This document shows positions 39,685-48,417 of a DNA stretch of 64,000 nt, in pieces. The DNA comes from an uncultured virus (IMG/VR IMGVR_UViG_3300044701_002726) (taxonomy: Duplodnaviria; Heunggongvirae; Uroviricota; Caudoviricetes), in IMG/VR virus record IMGVR_UViG_3300044701_002726; one strand, given 5' to 3'. Below the pieces are notes generated by a model. The model did no database searches. It was not told the origin of the DNA and was given only the letters and a program-made list of their open reading frames with translations. Every line of letters begins with the position of its first letter. Position 1 is the first letter of the stretch. The position numbers and the translations under genes were made by a program.

Positions 39685-42636
39685 TTATCCGAATACGAGT
39701 GTCATCGTTATAGCTTTACCAGCACTTACTCCACCCCCACCGCCACCAGAAGCAGCAACAGGTATATTAATACTAAATGTTCCAGCTGAAGATGCTGTTG
39801 TCCAAGTTGTTTGTGTTATATTTGTTCTAACAAATACTACAGTTAAATCTACCCAATTTGTATTAACAGTCATAGCAGTAACTTTAAAATCTATAAATTT
39901 AAACTGAGAATCTGTAGTTGATGGTTCAAAAAATCTTAATATCCAATTTGAAGTGCCAGATAGGTTAGTAAATGCAGATTTGATATCTACAGCCCCTCCA
40001 TCTGAAGTATTTAATTTAATATTAGTTGCAGAAGCAAATGTGTTGTTATTGGCAACATAAAGGCCAGCAAAAGTGTAGTCTGATCCAGTTCCTTGAGAGT
40101 AACCCTCACCATATACTCCACCAGCACCAACTACGCCATTGATTCCAGAATAACCTGATGTGCCTATACCAGAATAACCTGATCTACCTGAGTAGCCAGA
40201 ATAACCTGATATGCCTGAACCAGAATAACCTGATATACCTGAACCAGAATAACCTGATATACCTGAACCAGAATAACCTGATATACCTGAACCAGAATAA
40301 CCTGATCTACCTGAGTAGCCAGAATAACCTGATATACCTGAGTAGCCAGAATAACCTGATATACCAGAATAACCTGATATACCTGAATACCCTGATATAC
40401 CTGAATAACCTGATATACCTGAATAACCTGATGTGCCTATGCCAGAATAACCTGATGTACCTATACCAGAATATCCTGATATACCAGAATAACCTGATGT
40501 ACCTATACCTGAATAACCAGACCATCCTGATCTACCAGAATAACCAGATATACCAGAATGGCCAGATATACCTGAATAACCTGATATGCCAGAATACCCT
40601 GATGTACCTGAACCAGAATATCCAGATATGCCTAAACCAGAGTAACCTGATATACCTGAACCAGAATAACCAGACTGGCCAGAATATCCAGATTTACCAG
40701 AAGTTCCTATAGAACTAACTATTTCCCACGTTGAACCATCATATACTAAAGTCACAAATATACCAGTTACATCTATTAATAAATCTTCTGGTAAATTCTC
40801 AATAGTCGAACCATTTCTAGATACTGTTAAATTATTATTAGACCAACTATCACCATCTAAAATTTCTATAGAATCTCCAACTACAGGAGATGATGGTAAT
40901 GTTATTGTAAAAGCACCATTAGATGTATCTGCTATTATTCTTTCACCAGATGTTGAAGTATAATTATCAGTTTTTCTAATCCATTTTACTAATTTACCTG
41001 AATAACCAGAATCGCCAGATTGACCAGAATAACCTGAGAATCCTGATATACCTGATCCAGAATAACCTGAGAATCCAGAAATGCCAGAGTAACCTGAGGG
41101 ACCTGAAAGTCCAGAATAACCAGAAATTCCTGAGAAGCCAGATATACCTGAGTATCCTGAAGTTGAGTTACCACTAAAACCAGAAAGTCCTGAAATACCT
41201 TGAGGGCCTTGTGTTGTAAGACCAATAGTAACAAAGTCTATTTCTACATTAATATTAGCAAAACCTTCAGAATAATGATATATTCTTGTGTTGACATATC
41301 CATTATTGATATATGGTACATCACTAATTACATCAAATATATGTGAAGCAAAAACTAAATTTGTTCCTGTGAATGTTCCTATTATATCCCAAGATGAAGA
41401 GTTATTGTTATAAATTTCAAAATAAATTATATGACTGGTATGTGTATATTTTAATGCTAATTCTACTCTATTAAAATTAGCAACACCTGTAAAATCAATT
41501 TCGATAGAATAACCTGGAGATCCACTAACTTCAGAAACAACATAGTAGTTGTTATCGCCAAAAGTTTGAATATCTGTTACATCACCAGAAACATATGTTC
41601 CTGTAACTGTTGTTATAGAATTGGCATCATAAAAAATTGATTCTGGTGCAACACCACTGAATCCAGAATAACCTGAGTATCCTGATTCACCAGAGAATCC
41701 AGAAATACCAGAGTAACCAGAAATTCCCGAGAAGCCAGATTCACCAGAATAACCTGAGAATCCTGATGTGCCAGAGTATCCAGAAATTCCTGACTCACCA
41801 GAGAATCCAGAAATGCCAGAATAACCTGAGTATCCTGAGATACCAGAAAAACCCGATAAACCTAAACCAGAATAACCTGAGTATCCTGATTCACCAGAGA
41901 ATCCAGAAATACCAGAGTAACCAGAAATTCCTGAGAGGCCAGATTCACCAGAGTAACCTGAGAACCCTGATTCGCCAGAAAATCCAGAATAACCTGAGTA
42001 TCCTGATTCACCTGAGAAGCCAGATTCACCAGAATAACCTGAGAATCCTGATTCGCCAGAAAATCCAGAATAACCTGAGTATCCTGATTCACCAGAGAAT
42101 CCAGAAATACCAGAGTAACCAGAAATTCCTGAGAGGCCAGATTCACCAGAATATCCAGACCATCCTGATCTACCAGAATAACCAGATATACCAGAATGAC
42201 CAGAAATTCCTGAGTAGCCAGAATAACCAGATATACCTGAAGACCCTTTAATTTCACCTATTAAATCCCATGATGAGCCATTCCAAACATATAAATTGCC
42301 TTCATCAACAACATAATAAACATCGCCAAGTGTATTATTTTGTGTTGGTAAACTTACAAAATCTGCAACAGAACCTTTAATTGATATCGATGAACCTGGG
42401 GTTCCACTAAAACCAGAATAACCTGAAATACCAGAATAACCAGATATACCTTGAACTTCCGATGGATTTACCCACAATCTAGTACCATCTGTATTTGATA
42501 TTAATACATACGAATTTGATTGAGGTAAACCTAAATCTGGCTCAGCTTCACCTAAACTTATGAATTCATATCTACCTGGAGATACATTAGCTGATGGTAT
42601 CTTTTTTACTTTACCACTGTGTATTCTATTATTCAT
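39685..42636 (-). CDS. long Gly-X-Ser collagen-like fibre protein
   Basis: Four SGYSG tracts separated by globular domains, including gp9/10-like DTSNGAFTITLPSSPVVGD. Confidence 0.8.
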   Translation of the reverse strand: MNNRIHSGKVKKIPSANVSPGRYEFISLGEAEPDLGLPQSNSYVLISNTDGTRLWVNPSEVQGISGYSGISGYSGFSGTPGSSISIKGSVADFVSLPTQNNTLGDVYYVVDEGNLYVWNGSSWDLIGEIKGSSGISGYSGYSGISGHSGISGYSGRSGWSGYSGESGLSGISGYSGISGFSGESGYSGYSGFSGESGFSGYSGESGFSGESGYSGYSGFSGESGFSGYSGESGLSGISGYSGISGFSGESGYSGYSGLGLSGFSGISGYSGYSGISGFSGESGISGYSGTSGFSGYSGESGFSGISGYSGISGFSGESGYSGYSGFSGVAPESIFYDANSITTVTGTYVSGDVTDIQTFGDNNYYVVSEVSGSPGYSIEIDFTGVANFNRVELALKYTHTSHIIYFEIYNNNSSSWDIIGTFTGTNLVFASHIFDVISDVPYINNGYVNTRIYHYSEGFANINVEIDFVTIGLTTQGPQGISGLSGFSGNSTSGYSGISGFSGISGYSGLSGPSGYSGISGFSGYSGSGISGFSGYSGQSGDSGYSGKLVKWIRKTDNYTSTSGERIIADTSNGAFTITLPSSPVVGDSIEILDGDSWSNNNLTVSRNGSTIENLPEDLLIDVTGIFVTLVYDGSTWEIVSSIGTSGKSGYSGQSGYSGSGISGYSGLGISGYSGSGTSGYSGISGYSGISGHSGISGYSGRSGWSGYSGIGTSGYSGISGYSGIGTSGYSGIGTSGYSGISGYSGISGYSGISGYSGISGYSGYSGISGYSGYSGRSGYSGSGISGYSGSGISGYSGSGISGYSGSGISGYSGYSGRSGYSGIGTSGYSGINGVVGAGGVYGEGYSQGTGSDYTFAGLYVANNNTFASATNIKLNTSDGGAVDIKSAFTNLSGTSNWILRFFEPSTTDSQFKFIDFKVTAMTVNTNWVDLTVVFVRTNITQTTWTTASSAGTFSINIPVAASGGGGGGVSAGKAITMTLVFG
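40140..42452 (-). repeat. (Gly-X-Ser)n tracts with internal tandem duplications
   Basis: Tracts at about 40140-40705, 40995-41215, 41650-42245 and 42400-42452. Confidence 0.9.
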
Positions 42637-42961
42637 TTGCTGATTCTAATATACTTAAGACTATTTTTAATTCATTATTTGCAGATGCAGAAATCTTAAC
42701 TGAACTACCTGTTTCCAAAACTAATTTACCTACTGTTCCAGATATAGCATCAGTTTTAGGAACATCAAACTGTTTTAATAACTCATAATCTGCAACTCCA
42801 TCATTTAATACAAATGTTACATTCGATGTATTTTCTGATACATTACTTATTTGAGCCATCAAAACAATACCTGTGTAACCAGATGGAGAAGTATATATTG
42901 TTTCTAAATTTGTTGTTACATTTGCAGTAATTGTTTTGAAACTATTTAAAGCTGTTGCCAT
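42629..42961 (-). CDS. small virion adaptor protein (paralog A2)
   Basis: TIYTSP..ISNV..VPKTD..KLVLETGSSV...SILE. Confidence 0.6.
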   Translation of the reverse strand: MATALNSFKTITANVTTNLETIYTSPSGYTGIVLMAQISNVSENTSNVTFVLNDGVADYELLKQFDVPKTDAISGTVGKLVLETGSSVKISASANNELKIVLSILESANE

Positions 42962-42964
42962 TTT

Positions 42965-44368
42965 CTATCCCTCTAACGCCAATATATATGGCGTCATTAC
43001 TGTGAATAAACTTCGGTTGAATGTTCTACCTTCAATAGTACCTTTTGCATTTATAAATGACAATTCTCCACCTATTTGAAAATTACCATATTGATCTGTG
43101 CTTGAATAAAATACTTTACCACCATTTAATTGAACTGCTTCATTTGCAGGTATAGGTTCTCCACCTGCTATAGGTATTGCATTAGCTAATGTTGTTCCTG
43201 CACCAACATATTCAAAAGTATGCCCAGATGCACTAATAAAACTTCTACGATAAAAATCCACCTGTGTATCATTAGGGATTGATGTTGGTAATGTTTCTGC
43301 TACTGTAATAGTTGTTTGACCAGATACTAAGCCAGTTGTTGAAATAATTGTATAAAAAGTATTTCCTCCATCAAAAGTTGCAACATCATTCACGGCAGGT
43401 TTAGTTGAAAGACCATCAATAACTACATTTGCACGGTTAGTATCTGGGTTTACGCCGTTTGTTGAACCAGAAAATAATAATGAACTTTTGCCATTTGCAA
43501 CGAGACCTCTGTCTCCAAAAGAACTATTTGAGTTTGTAATTGAACATTGGCCACCTGATTCACAAAGAACAGATTCGGTGCAGCAAATAGTAAACAAACT
43601 AACAAGTTGTGCATACCCAGAATTTAAAATATGAACGCCTATTCCACCTTGATTAAATTGTGTGTATGCATCCAATACCATAGATTTTAAATTACCAGTT
43701 ACATGAGAACCATCAATTCTCATGCCTGTTCCAGTAGTGGTTATTGAAGAGCAATCTTGGACATAAGGACTTGTAGTTATATTTCCAGCAGAGCCATTAG
43801 GATTAAATGCTACTGCTGCTGCAGGAGAAACATGATCTCTGAATGTCATACCTGAAAGATAACATCCATTATTCACATAAAATAAATCTTGATTTGTTGT
43901 TTGTGGTCTTACTGTTACTGTTCTTAAATTATCACCAATAATTGCAACACCCTCTGGAACTGTAACTGGATTTATCTCAGTATAATCTCCAGATTTTACG
44001 AAAACAGTAGTTCCAGTATTTGCAACTGCAAGTGCAGCTTTAATTGTTAGGAAAGGTTTATCTAAACTTTTGCCATCATTTGAATCATTTCCAGACTTTG
44101 AAACATAGAGAACATTATCTACGCCAATTAGGGAAGAAGGAATTTGCCATTTAATACCTTCTGTTGTAGCAAATAGAGATTCACCAACATTACCTTTTGA
44201 TTTTGTAAAATCATAAAGTGCATTAGAAAGCTTTATGTCTCCATCGACAAAAATTAAACCATTTTCATTTATGGAAATTGTTGCTGTGTTAGATTCTGCA
44301 TCATATACAAAATCTATATTTTGAGTTTGTAGTCCGTTTTTGACTACAAATTTTTTATCATTTGCCAT
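42965..44368 (-). CDS. pectin-lyase-like beta-helix fibre protein
   Basis: YVSKSGNDSNDG, IIGDNLRT, SPYVQDCSS, SNSSFG, SGHTFEYVGAG. Confidence 0.7.
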   Translation of the reverse strand: MANDKKFVVKNGLQTQNIDFVYDAESNTATISINENGLIFVDGDIKLSNALYDFTKSKGNVGESLFATTEGIKWQIPSSLIGVDNVLYVSKSGNDSNDGKSLDKPFLTIKAALAVANTGTTVFVKSGDYTEINPVTVPEGVAIIGDNLRTVTVRPQTTNQDLFYVNNGCYLSGMTFRDHVSPAAAVAFNPNGSAGNITTSPYVQDCSSITTTGTGMRIDGSHVTGNLKSMVLDAYTQFNQGGIGVHILNSGYAQLVSLFTICCTESVLCESGGQCSITNSNSSFGDRGLVANGKSSLLFSGSTNGVNPDTNRANVVIDGLSTKPAVNDVATFDGGNTFYTIISTTGLVSGQTTITVAETLPTSIPNDTQVDFYRRSFISASGHTFEYVGAGTTLANAIPIAGGEPIPANEAVQLNGGKVFYSSTDQYGNFQIGGELSFINAKGTIEGRTFNRSLFTVMTPYILALEG

Positions 44369-44410
44369 TTATGTTCCTTGGTTCCCTATCCCCAATGGAT
44401 GTTATTATTA

Positions 44411-44418
44411 TATTTATA
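44411..44418 (-). promoter_or_regulatory. T4-type late promoter
   Basis: TATAAATA overlapping the upstream stop codon. Confidence 0.7.
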
Positions 44419-45007
44419 TTAGCAATAGATTGCCAGATACTTTATATACGGTGTTATTTGAAGAAGTGCTTGTAGTCATTAATCGAACTGTGTTAGAATC
44501 TATGTCTACTTCCAAATCAAATAGATTGCCATTTGTTCTTATGATGGCATATTCCGTAGCATAGGCAGTAACAGAATCATGTACAACTAGAAGTTCAGTA
44601 ACTTGCCTTTTATTTGAATCTGATGCTTGAATAACAAATTTGCCAGAACCATATTTGTTTGTGGAAAAAGAATATAAAACTGTGGAAGTATTACTGGTTG
44701 TAGTTAATTCAGTACCAACTATATCAAAGGCAGAATTAACATTTGTCTTTACTACATTTAATGTTGAATTTGCTTTGTCATATGTGAAATTAGAATTTGC
44801 ACCAAGAACGCCAGAATCATTAAATTGTATTTCAGTATCTAATCCAGAAGGGCCTGGATAGTTTTCAATTGAACTGATTGTGTTTAGATGGTTTCTATAA
44901 AATATCTTACCATCGTATGAATTTATTGCTAATTCACCAAATTCTAATTGACTTGGTGTATTTCCGCTGGCTGTAGAATACTTTAGTTGGATTACTGTAT
45001 TTGACAT
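44414..45007 (-). CDS. fibre connector with Mtd-N-like N-terminal domain
   Basis: IQLKYS...P..LEFGELAIN..DGKIFY; IQFNDSG; TEYA C-terminal domain. Confidence 0.6.
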   Translation of the reverse strand: MSNTVIQLKYSTASGNTPSQLEFGELAINSYDGKIFYRNHLNTISSIENYPGPSGLDTEIQFNDSGVLGANSNFTYDKANSTLNVVKTNVNSAFDIVGTELTTTSNTSTVLYSFSTNKYGSGKFVIQASDSNKRQVTELLVVHDSVTAYATEYAIIRTNGNLFDLEVDIDSNTVRLMTTSTSSNNTVYKVSGNLLLI

Positions 45008-45519
45008 TAAAATGAACTACCATCTAAAACCTTCTGTAGATTATTTTCAATAACTTTAATTTCATTCTCTGCTGCAACTTTTTCTGGGTTAATTTTTTTC
45101 AATTTAGTAATTGAGATATTCTCTTCTAGTTTTGTGATGTATGCTTTTAGATTATTTATTTCTTCTTTTAATTCTTCTAACTCTTTATTTTTTTCTATCT
45201 TTATTGAATCTATTTCTTTCTGTAAAGAAGAGTTTTTCTTCATAGAATCATTTAATGCTGCTTGTATTCTATTTTTTTCTTCATGTGCAGAACTATTTTG
45301 TTCAGCCTTTACTTTGTAAGTTTGTAACTGATTAACTTCATTTTTAGTAGAATTGTAAAGAGAATTTATTTCTTCAAATTTTTTTTGAAGTTCTTCTTTC
45401 TCTTTACCTGTTTTATCTACTAACTTAAGTTGCGTTTGAAATACAAAATTTTGTTTAATAACTGAAATCAAATTATCAAGTAAAATTTCTTGATAAGCAT
45501 TACTAAATTCAACACTCAT
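45007..45519 (-). CDS. coiled-coil protein, possible fibre chaperone
   Basis: Heptad-rich; ends DGSSF. Confidence 0.6.
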   Translation of the reverse strand: MSVEFSNAYQEILLDNLISVIKQNFVFQTQLKLVDKTGKEKEELQKKFEEINSLYNSTKNEVNQLQTYKVKAEQNSSAHEEKNRIQAALNDSMKKNSSLQKEIDSIKIEKNKELEELKEEINNLKAYITKLEENISITKLKKINPEKVAAENEIKVIENNLQKVLDGSSF

Positions 45520-45539
45520 AAACTCTCCTATTAAATAAT

Positions 45540-46955
45540 TTAAAATGTACCGCCAGATATCATTTCAAATGTTGGAACACCTGAAGAATTGATTGTTAAT
45601 ACATGACCTTCTGTAGAAGAAGAAACTGTAGTTATTGCACTAGTTCCTTGGCCTAAAAGGACTCCATTTGTTGTAAATGTGTTTGCACCAGTACCACCTC
45701 TTGGAACCCCAAGTATACCAGTTGTTACTTGAGATGTGTCGATATCAATTAATGTGTTTACTACATTTGATACTCTACCATATTCGTCTACAGTAATTAC
45801 TGGAACATGTGACGCATTAGCATATGTTCCTGTTGATGTTGTATTTGCAAGTTCTAATAAACCACCAGTTCCATTACCAATTATAATTGAACCTGTTGTG
45901 AATGTATTTTGGCCTGTACCACCATCTGAAACTACAATGACTTCAGTTAGTCCCGATACTTTACCACCAGTAATATTTGCTACAAGATTTGCAGTAACAA
46001 ATGTTGGGTCAGCAATATTAATCGTATTAAAATCATGTATAAAATGTTCTGTGTAGTTTTCAAACAGATACCATTTTCCATCTGCTGCATGACGAACAAG
46101 ACCTGTATGATTATTTCCACCAACACCATAATGTGCTGTCATACCAATGTCAAGTAAATCTCCTTGATCATTGTTTGCAGCTAATAACATTATAGAGTCG
46201 TTTACTCTTATTGTTTCCGTATCGAGAGTAATTGTATTGCCAGAAACAATTAAGTTACCAGTAATTCCTAAATCACCAGTAATACTTTGATTACCAGTTG
46301 TTCGAATAACTGTATTATCAACATCAACAACGATTGTGTTTGTTGTATCATTTGCAGTTGTTGTGATACCATCACCACCTTCAAGTGTGAAGGTGTCAGT
46401 AAGTAAATCTAAAGAACCTGTTGTGGGACCATCTGCTGAAAATGCAAGTGTTGTTGCAACATTGACTGTGTTTGCATCAGTAAGTCTACCGTCTTCATCG
46501 ACAGTAAAGACAGGTATCTGTGTTGTTGAACCATATGATCCTGCATTTACTCCAGTATTGACAAGTTCTACTGTGAGTGTTACATTAGCAGCTCCATCGA
46601 TTGAAACATTACCAGTTACATCTCCATCTAATCCCAAATCAAATGGTTCTTTTAATTGTGTAGCAGAATTTGAATTACCATCAATTTCTGCAATAATAAG
46701 ATTACCAGTAATAACATTGAACGATGCTGAACCTTGAGCATCACGAAGAACTAATGTTCCTGGTGTAGAAGCATCAGTTGCATCATCGATTGTTTTGGTA
46801 TAAAAATAACCACCAATGTTTAGAGTTCCATTGCCAGCAGGATTTCCAATAAACAGAGTGTTACTACTATATGAATATGCCGGTTCAGCTGTATTAAGAG
46901 AAACAGGAATATCCGTTACTGTCGAGTATTTTAGTTGTATGAGTGTATTAGCCAT
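45540..46955 (-). CDS. tail fibre-like protein
   Basis: N-terminal IQLKYS; PV.TVDE.GR repeats; GGTG repeats; ends GGTF. Confidence 0.7.
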   Translation of the reverse strand: MANTLIQLKYSTVTDIPVSLNTAEPAYSYSSNTLFIGNPAGNGTLNIGGYFYTKTIDDATDASTPGTLVLRDAQGSASFNVITGNLIIAEIDGNSNSATQLKEPFDLGLDGDVTGNVSIDGAANVTLTVELVNTGVNAGSYGSTTQIPVFTVDEDGRLTDANTVNVATTLAFSADGPTTGSLDLLTDTFTLEGGDGITTTANDTTNTIVVDVDNTVIRTTGNQSITGDLGITGNLIVSGNTITLDTETIRVNDSIMLLAANNDQGDLLDIGMTAHYGVGGNNHTGLVRHAADGKWYLFENYTEHFIHDFNTINIADPTFVTANLVANITGGKVSGLTEVIVVSDGGTGQNTFTTGSIIIGNGTGGLLELANTTSTGTYANASHVPVITVDEYGRVSNVVNTLIDIDTSQVTTGILGVPRGGTGANTFTTNGVLLGQGTSAITTVSSSTEGHVLTINSSGVPTFEMISGGTF

Positions 46956-46958
46956 TTT

Positions 46959-47159
46959 TTAAAACGAGCCTCCGGCAATGAATGGTATTGTTTTTACTGT
47001 ATAAGAATTCGTATTCGCATCATAAACTAAAATCTCACCATTATCTGGATTTGTAGCATCAACATTTGTTATTTGTCCTAGAGAAATACTAGGTTTAGGA
47101 CCAATATTAACAGATGAAACAGAAGACTTATTTGGTTTAATTGTTACTTTTATTGACAT
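46959..47159 (-). CDS. small fibre linker protein
   Basis: L..ITNVD...NGEILVYDA; ends GGSF. Confidence 0.6.
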   Translation of the reverse strand: MSIKVTIKPNKSSVSSVNIGPKPSISLGQITNVDATNPDNGEILVYDANTNSYTVKTIPFIAGGSF

Positions 47160-47169
47160 ATTTATGTTT

Positions 47170-47505
47170 TTATCTAGTTACATTAGGCAATATTGTAGCT
47201 ATACCTTCAAATATTCTTGTTACCGTACCAGTACTTATTTCTTCAATTTCTACATCATAAACATATCTGCCTGCACGAATACTTGATGTGGTATTTGCAT
47301 CCAATTTTAATTCTATAGAACCGTTTGGAGCATCTATCATAGTTATTATGAAATTTACTGCATTTGTAGAATAATAAGATTTTCTTAATTGAGACCTAAC
47401 AGTATAACCATTTAAATTTTTTGGTAAACCAGATGCATCACTCACATCAACTTGTGTGACAAATGTAGAACCTGCTTCTATTTGTAGTTCAACAAAATCT
47501 GCCAA
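47170..47505 (-). CDS. conserved virion structural protein
   Basis: LQIEAGSTF..SQLRKSYYS..GRYVYDVEI..RIFEG..P.VTR; TTG start with AGGAG SD. Confidence 0.7.
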   Translation of the reverse strand: MADFVELQIEAGSTFVTQVDVSDASGLPKNLNGYTVRSQLRKSYYSTNAVNFIITMIDAPNGSIELKLDANTTSSIRAGRYVYDVEIEEISTGTVTRIFEGIATILPNVTR

Positions 47506-47538
47506 AATACTCTCCTTTAATTCTATTTATGCTATTAA

Positions 47539-47913
47539 TTAAGGTGTACCTAAAGCAGTGATGTTGTTGGCAGTAATGAACCTTCCGTATTGATCTAATG
47601 ATGCTATTTTTGTTGTTCCATAATAAAAAGATAATTTTCCATCAGCTTCTTTGATTGAAAATGTAGTTGGACTTGTCACTAATTCTTTAGCAGTATTAGC
47701 AGTATTAGCAGTATTGGCAGAATCAGCATCTCCTCCTCCACCACCTATTGGGCCCCATTCAATACCATTATAACCTTCAAATGTATCATCATCCGTATTG
47801 AATCGAAGCATACCAACAATTGGCTGAGCAGGCCTATTTTGTGTGGTATTGGCAGATACTCTTACGACTTCACTATCGTAAACTACATCACTGCCGTTAA
47901 TTCTAAATGCCAT
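47539..47913 (-). CDS. small fibre protein
   Basis: TTQNRP...GMLRFNT....FEGYNG.EW motif typical of T4-like fibres. Confidence 0.6.
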   Translation of the reverse strand: MAFRINGSDVVYDSEVVRVSANTTQNRPAQPIVGMLRFNTDDDTFEGYNGIEWGPIGGGGGDADSANTANTANTAKELVTSPTTFSIKEADGKLSFYYGTTKIASLDQYGRFITANNITALGTP

Positions 47914-47937
47914 TAATGCTCTCCTTTATCCGTATTA

Positions 47938-48186
47938 TTACCAAGAATCAGTAGAAGAAATTCTACTCCAAATATTAGAAACTCCAGTATAATCTTCTGA
48001 ACAATAATATAGATAATTATTTGCCAAATAAACTGAACCTTTAATATCTCCAATTGTACCAACAGGACTAGTAGGAGCAGTATCTACATAAAATATAGTA
48101 TTGTTCGCAAGGTCTACTAATGATTGAGTGGTTGTTAGCCAATCTAAAAAAGTATTTGATGTATTTATCTGATTAACTATTGGCAT
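47938..48186 (-). CDS. small virion protein
   Basis: NTFLDW N-terminus; P.S..G..GD...YLYYC...W module. Confidence 0.55.
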   Translation of the reverse strand: MPIVNQINTSNTFLDWLTTTQSLVDLANNTIFYVDTAPTSPVGTIGDIKGSVYLANNYLYYCSEDYTGVSNIWSRISSTDSW

Positions 48187-48415
48187 TATTTTTTACCTCT
48201 GCGATATCTAATAACAAAGATTTGATTATCTGCATATCTTTTTCCATCTGTTCCATTCTTAATTTCATTTCTTCTTTTTCTTCGTTTTGTTTTCTACTTA
48301 ATTCTTTTTTCATAAGATATTCATTTAACCCATTTTTATCTGTACTTAAAACAGCCTTAGAATGAATATCTCTGACTAAACCTCTGTTATCTTTTATCTT
48401 CACTAAAGTTGACAT
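48173..48415 (-). CDS. conserved hypothetical protein
   Basis: LVRDIHSKAVL plus coiled coil; follows the DUF4815-type gene. Confidence 0.6.
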   Translation of the reverse strand: MSTLVKIKDNRGLVRDIHSKAVLSTDKNGLNEYLMKKELSRKQNEEKEEMKLRMEQMEKDMQIIKSLLLDIAEVKNNANS

Positions 48416-48417
48416 GA

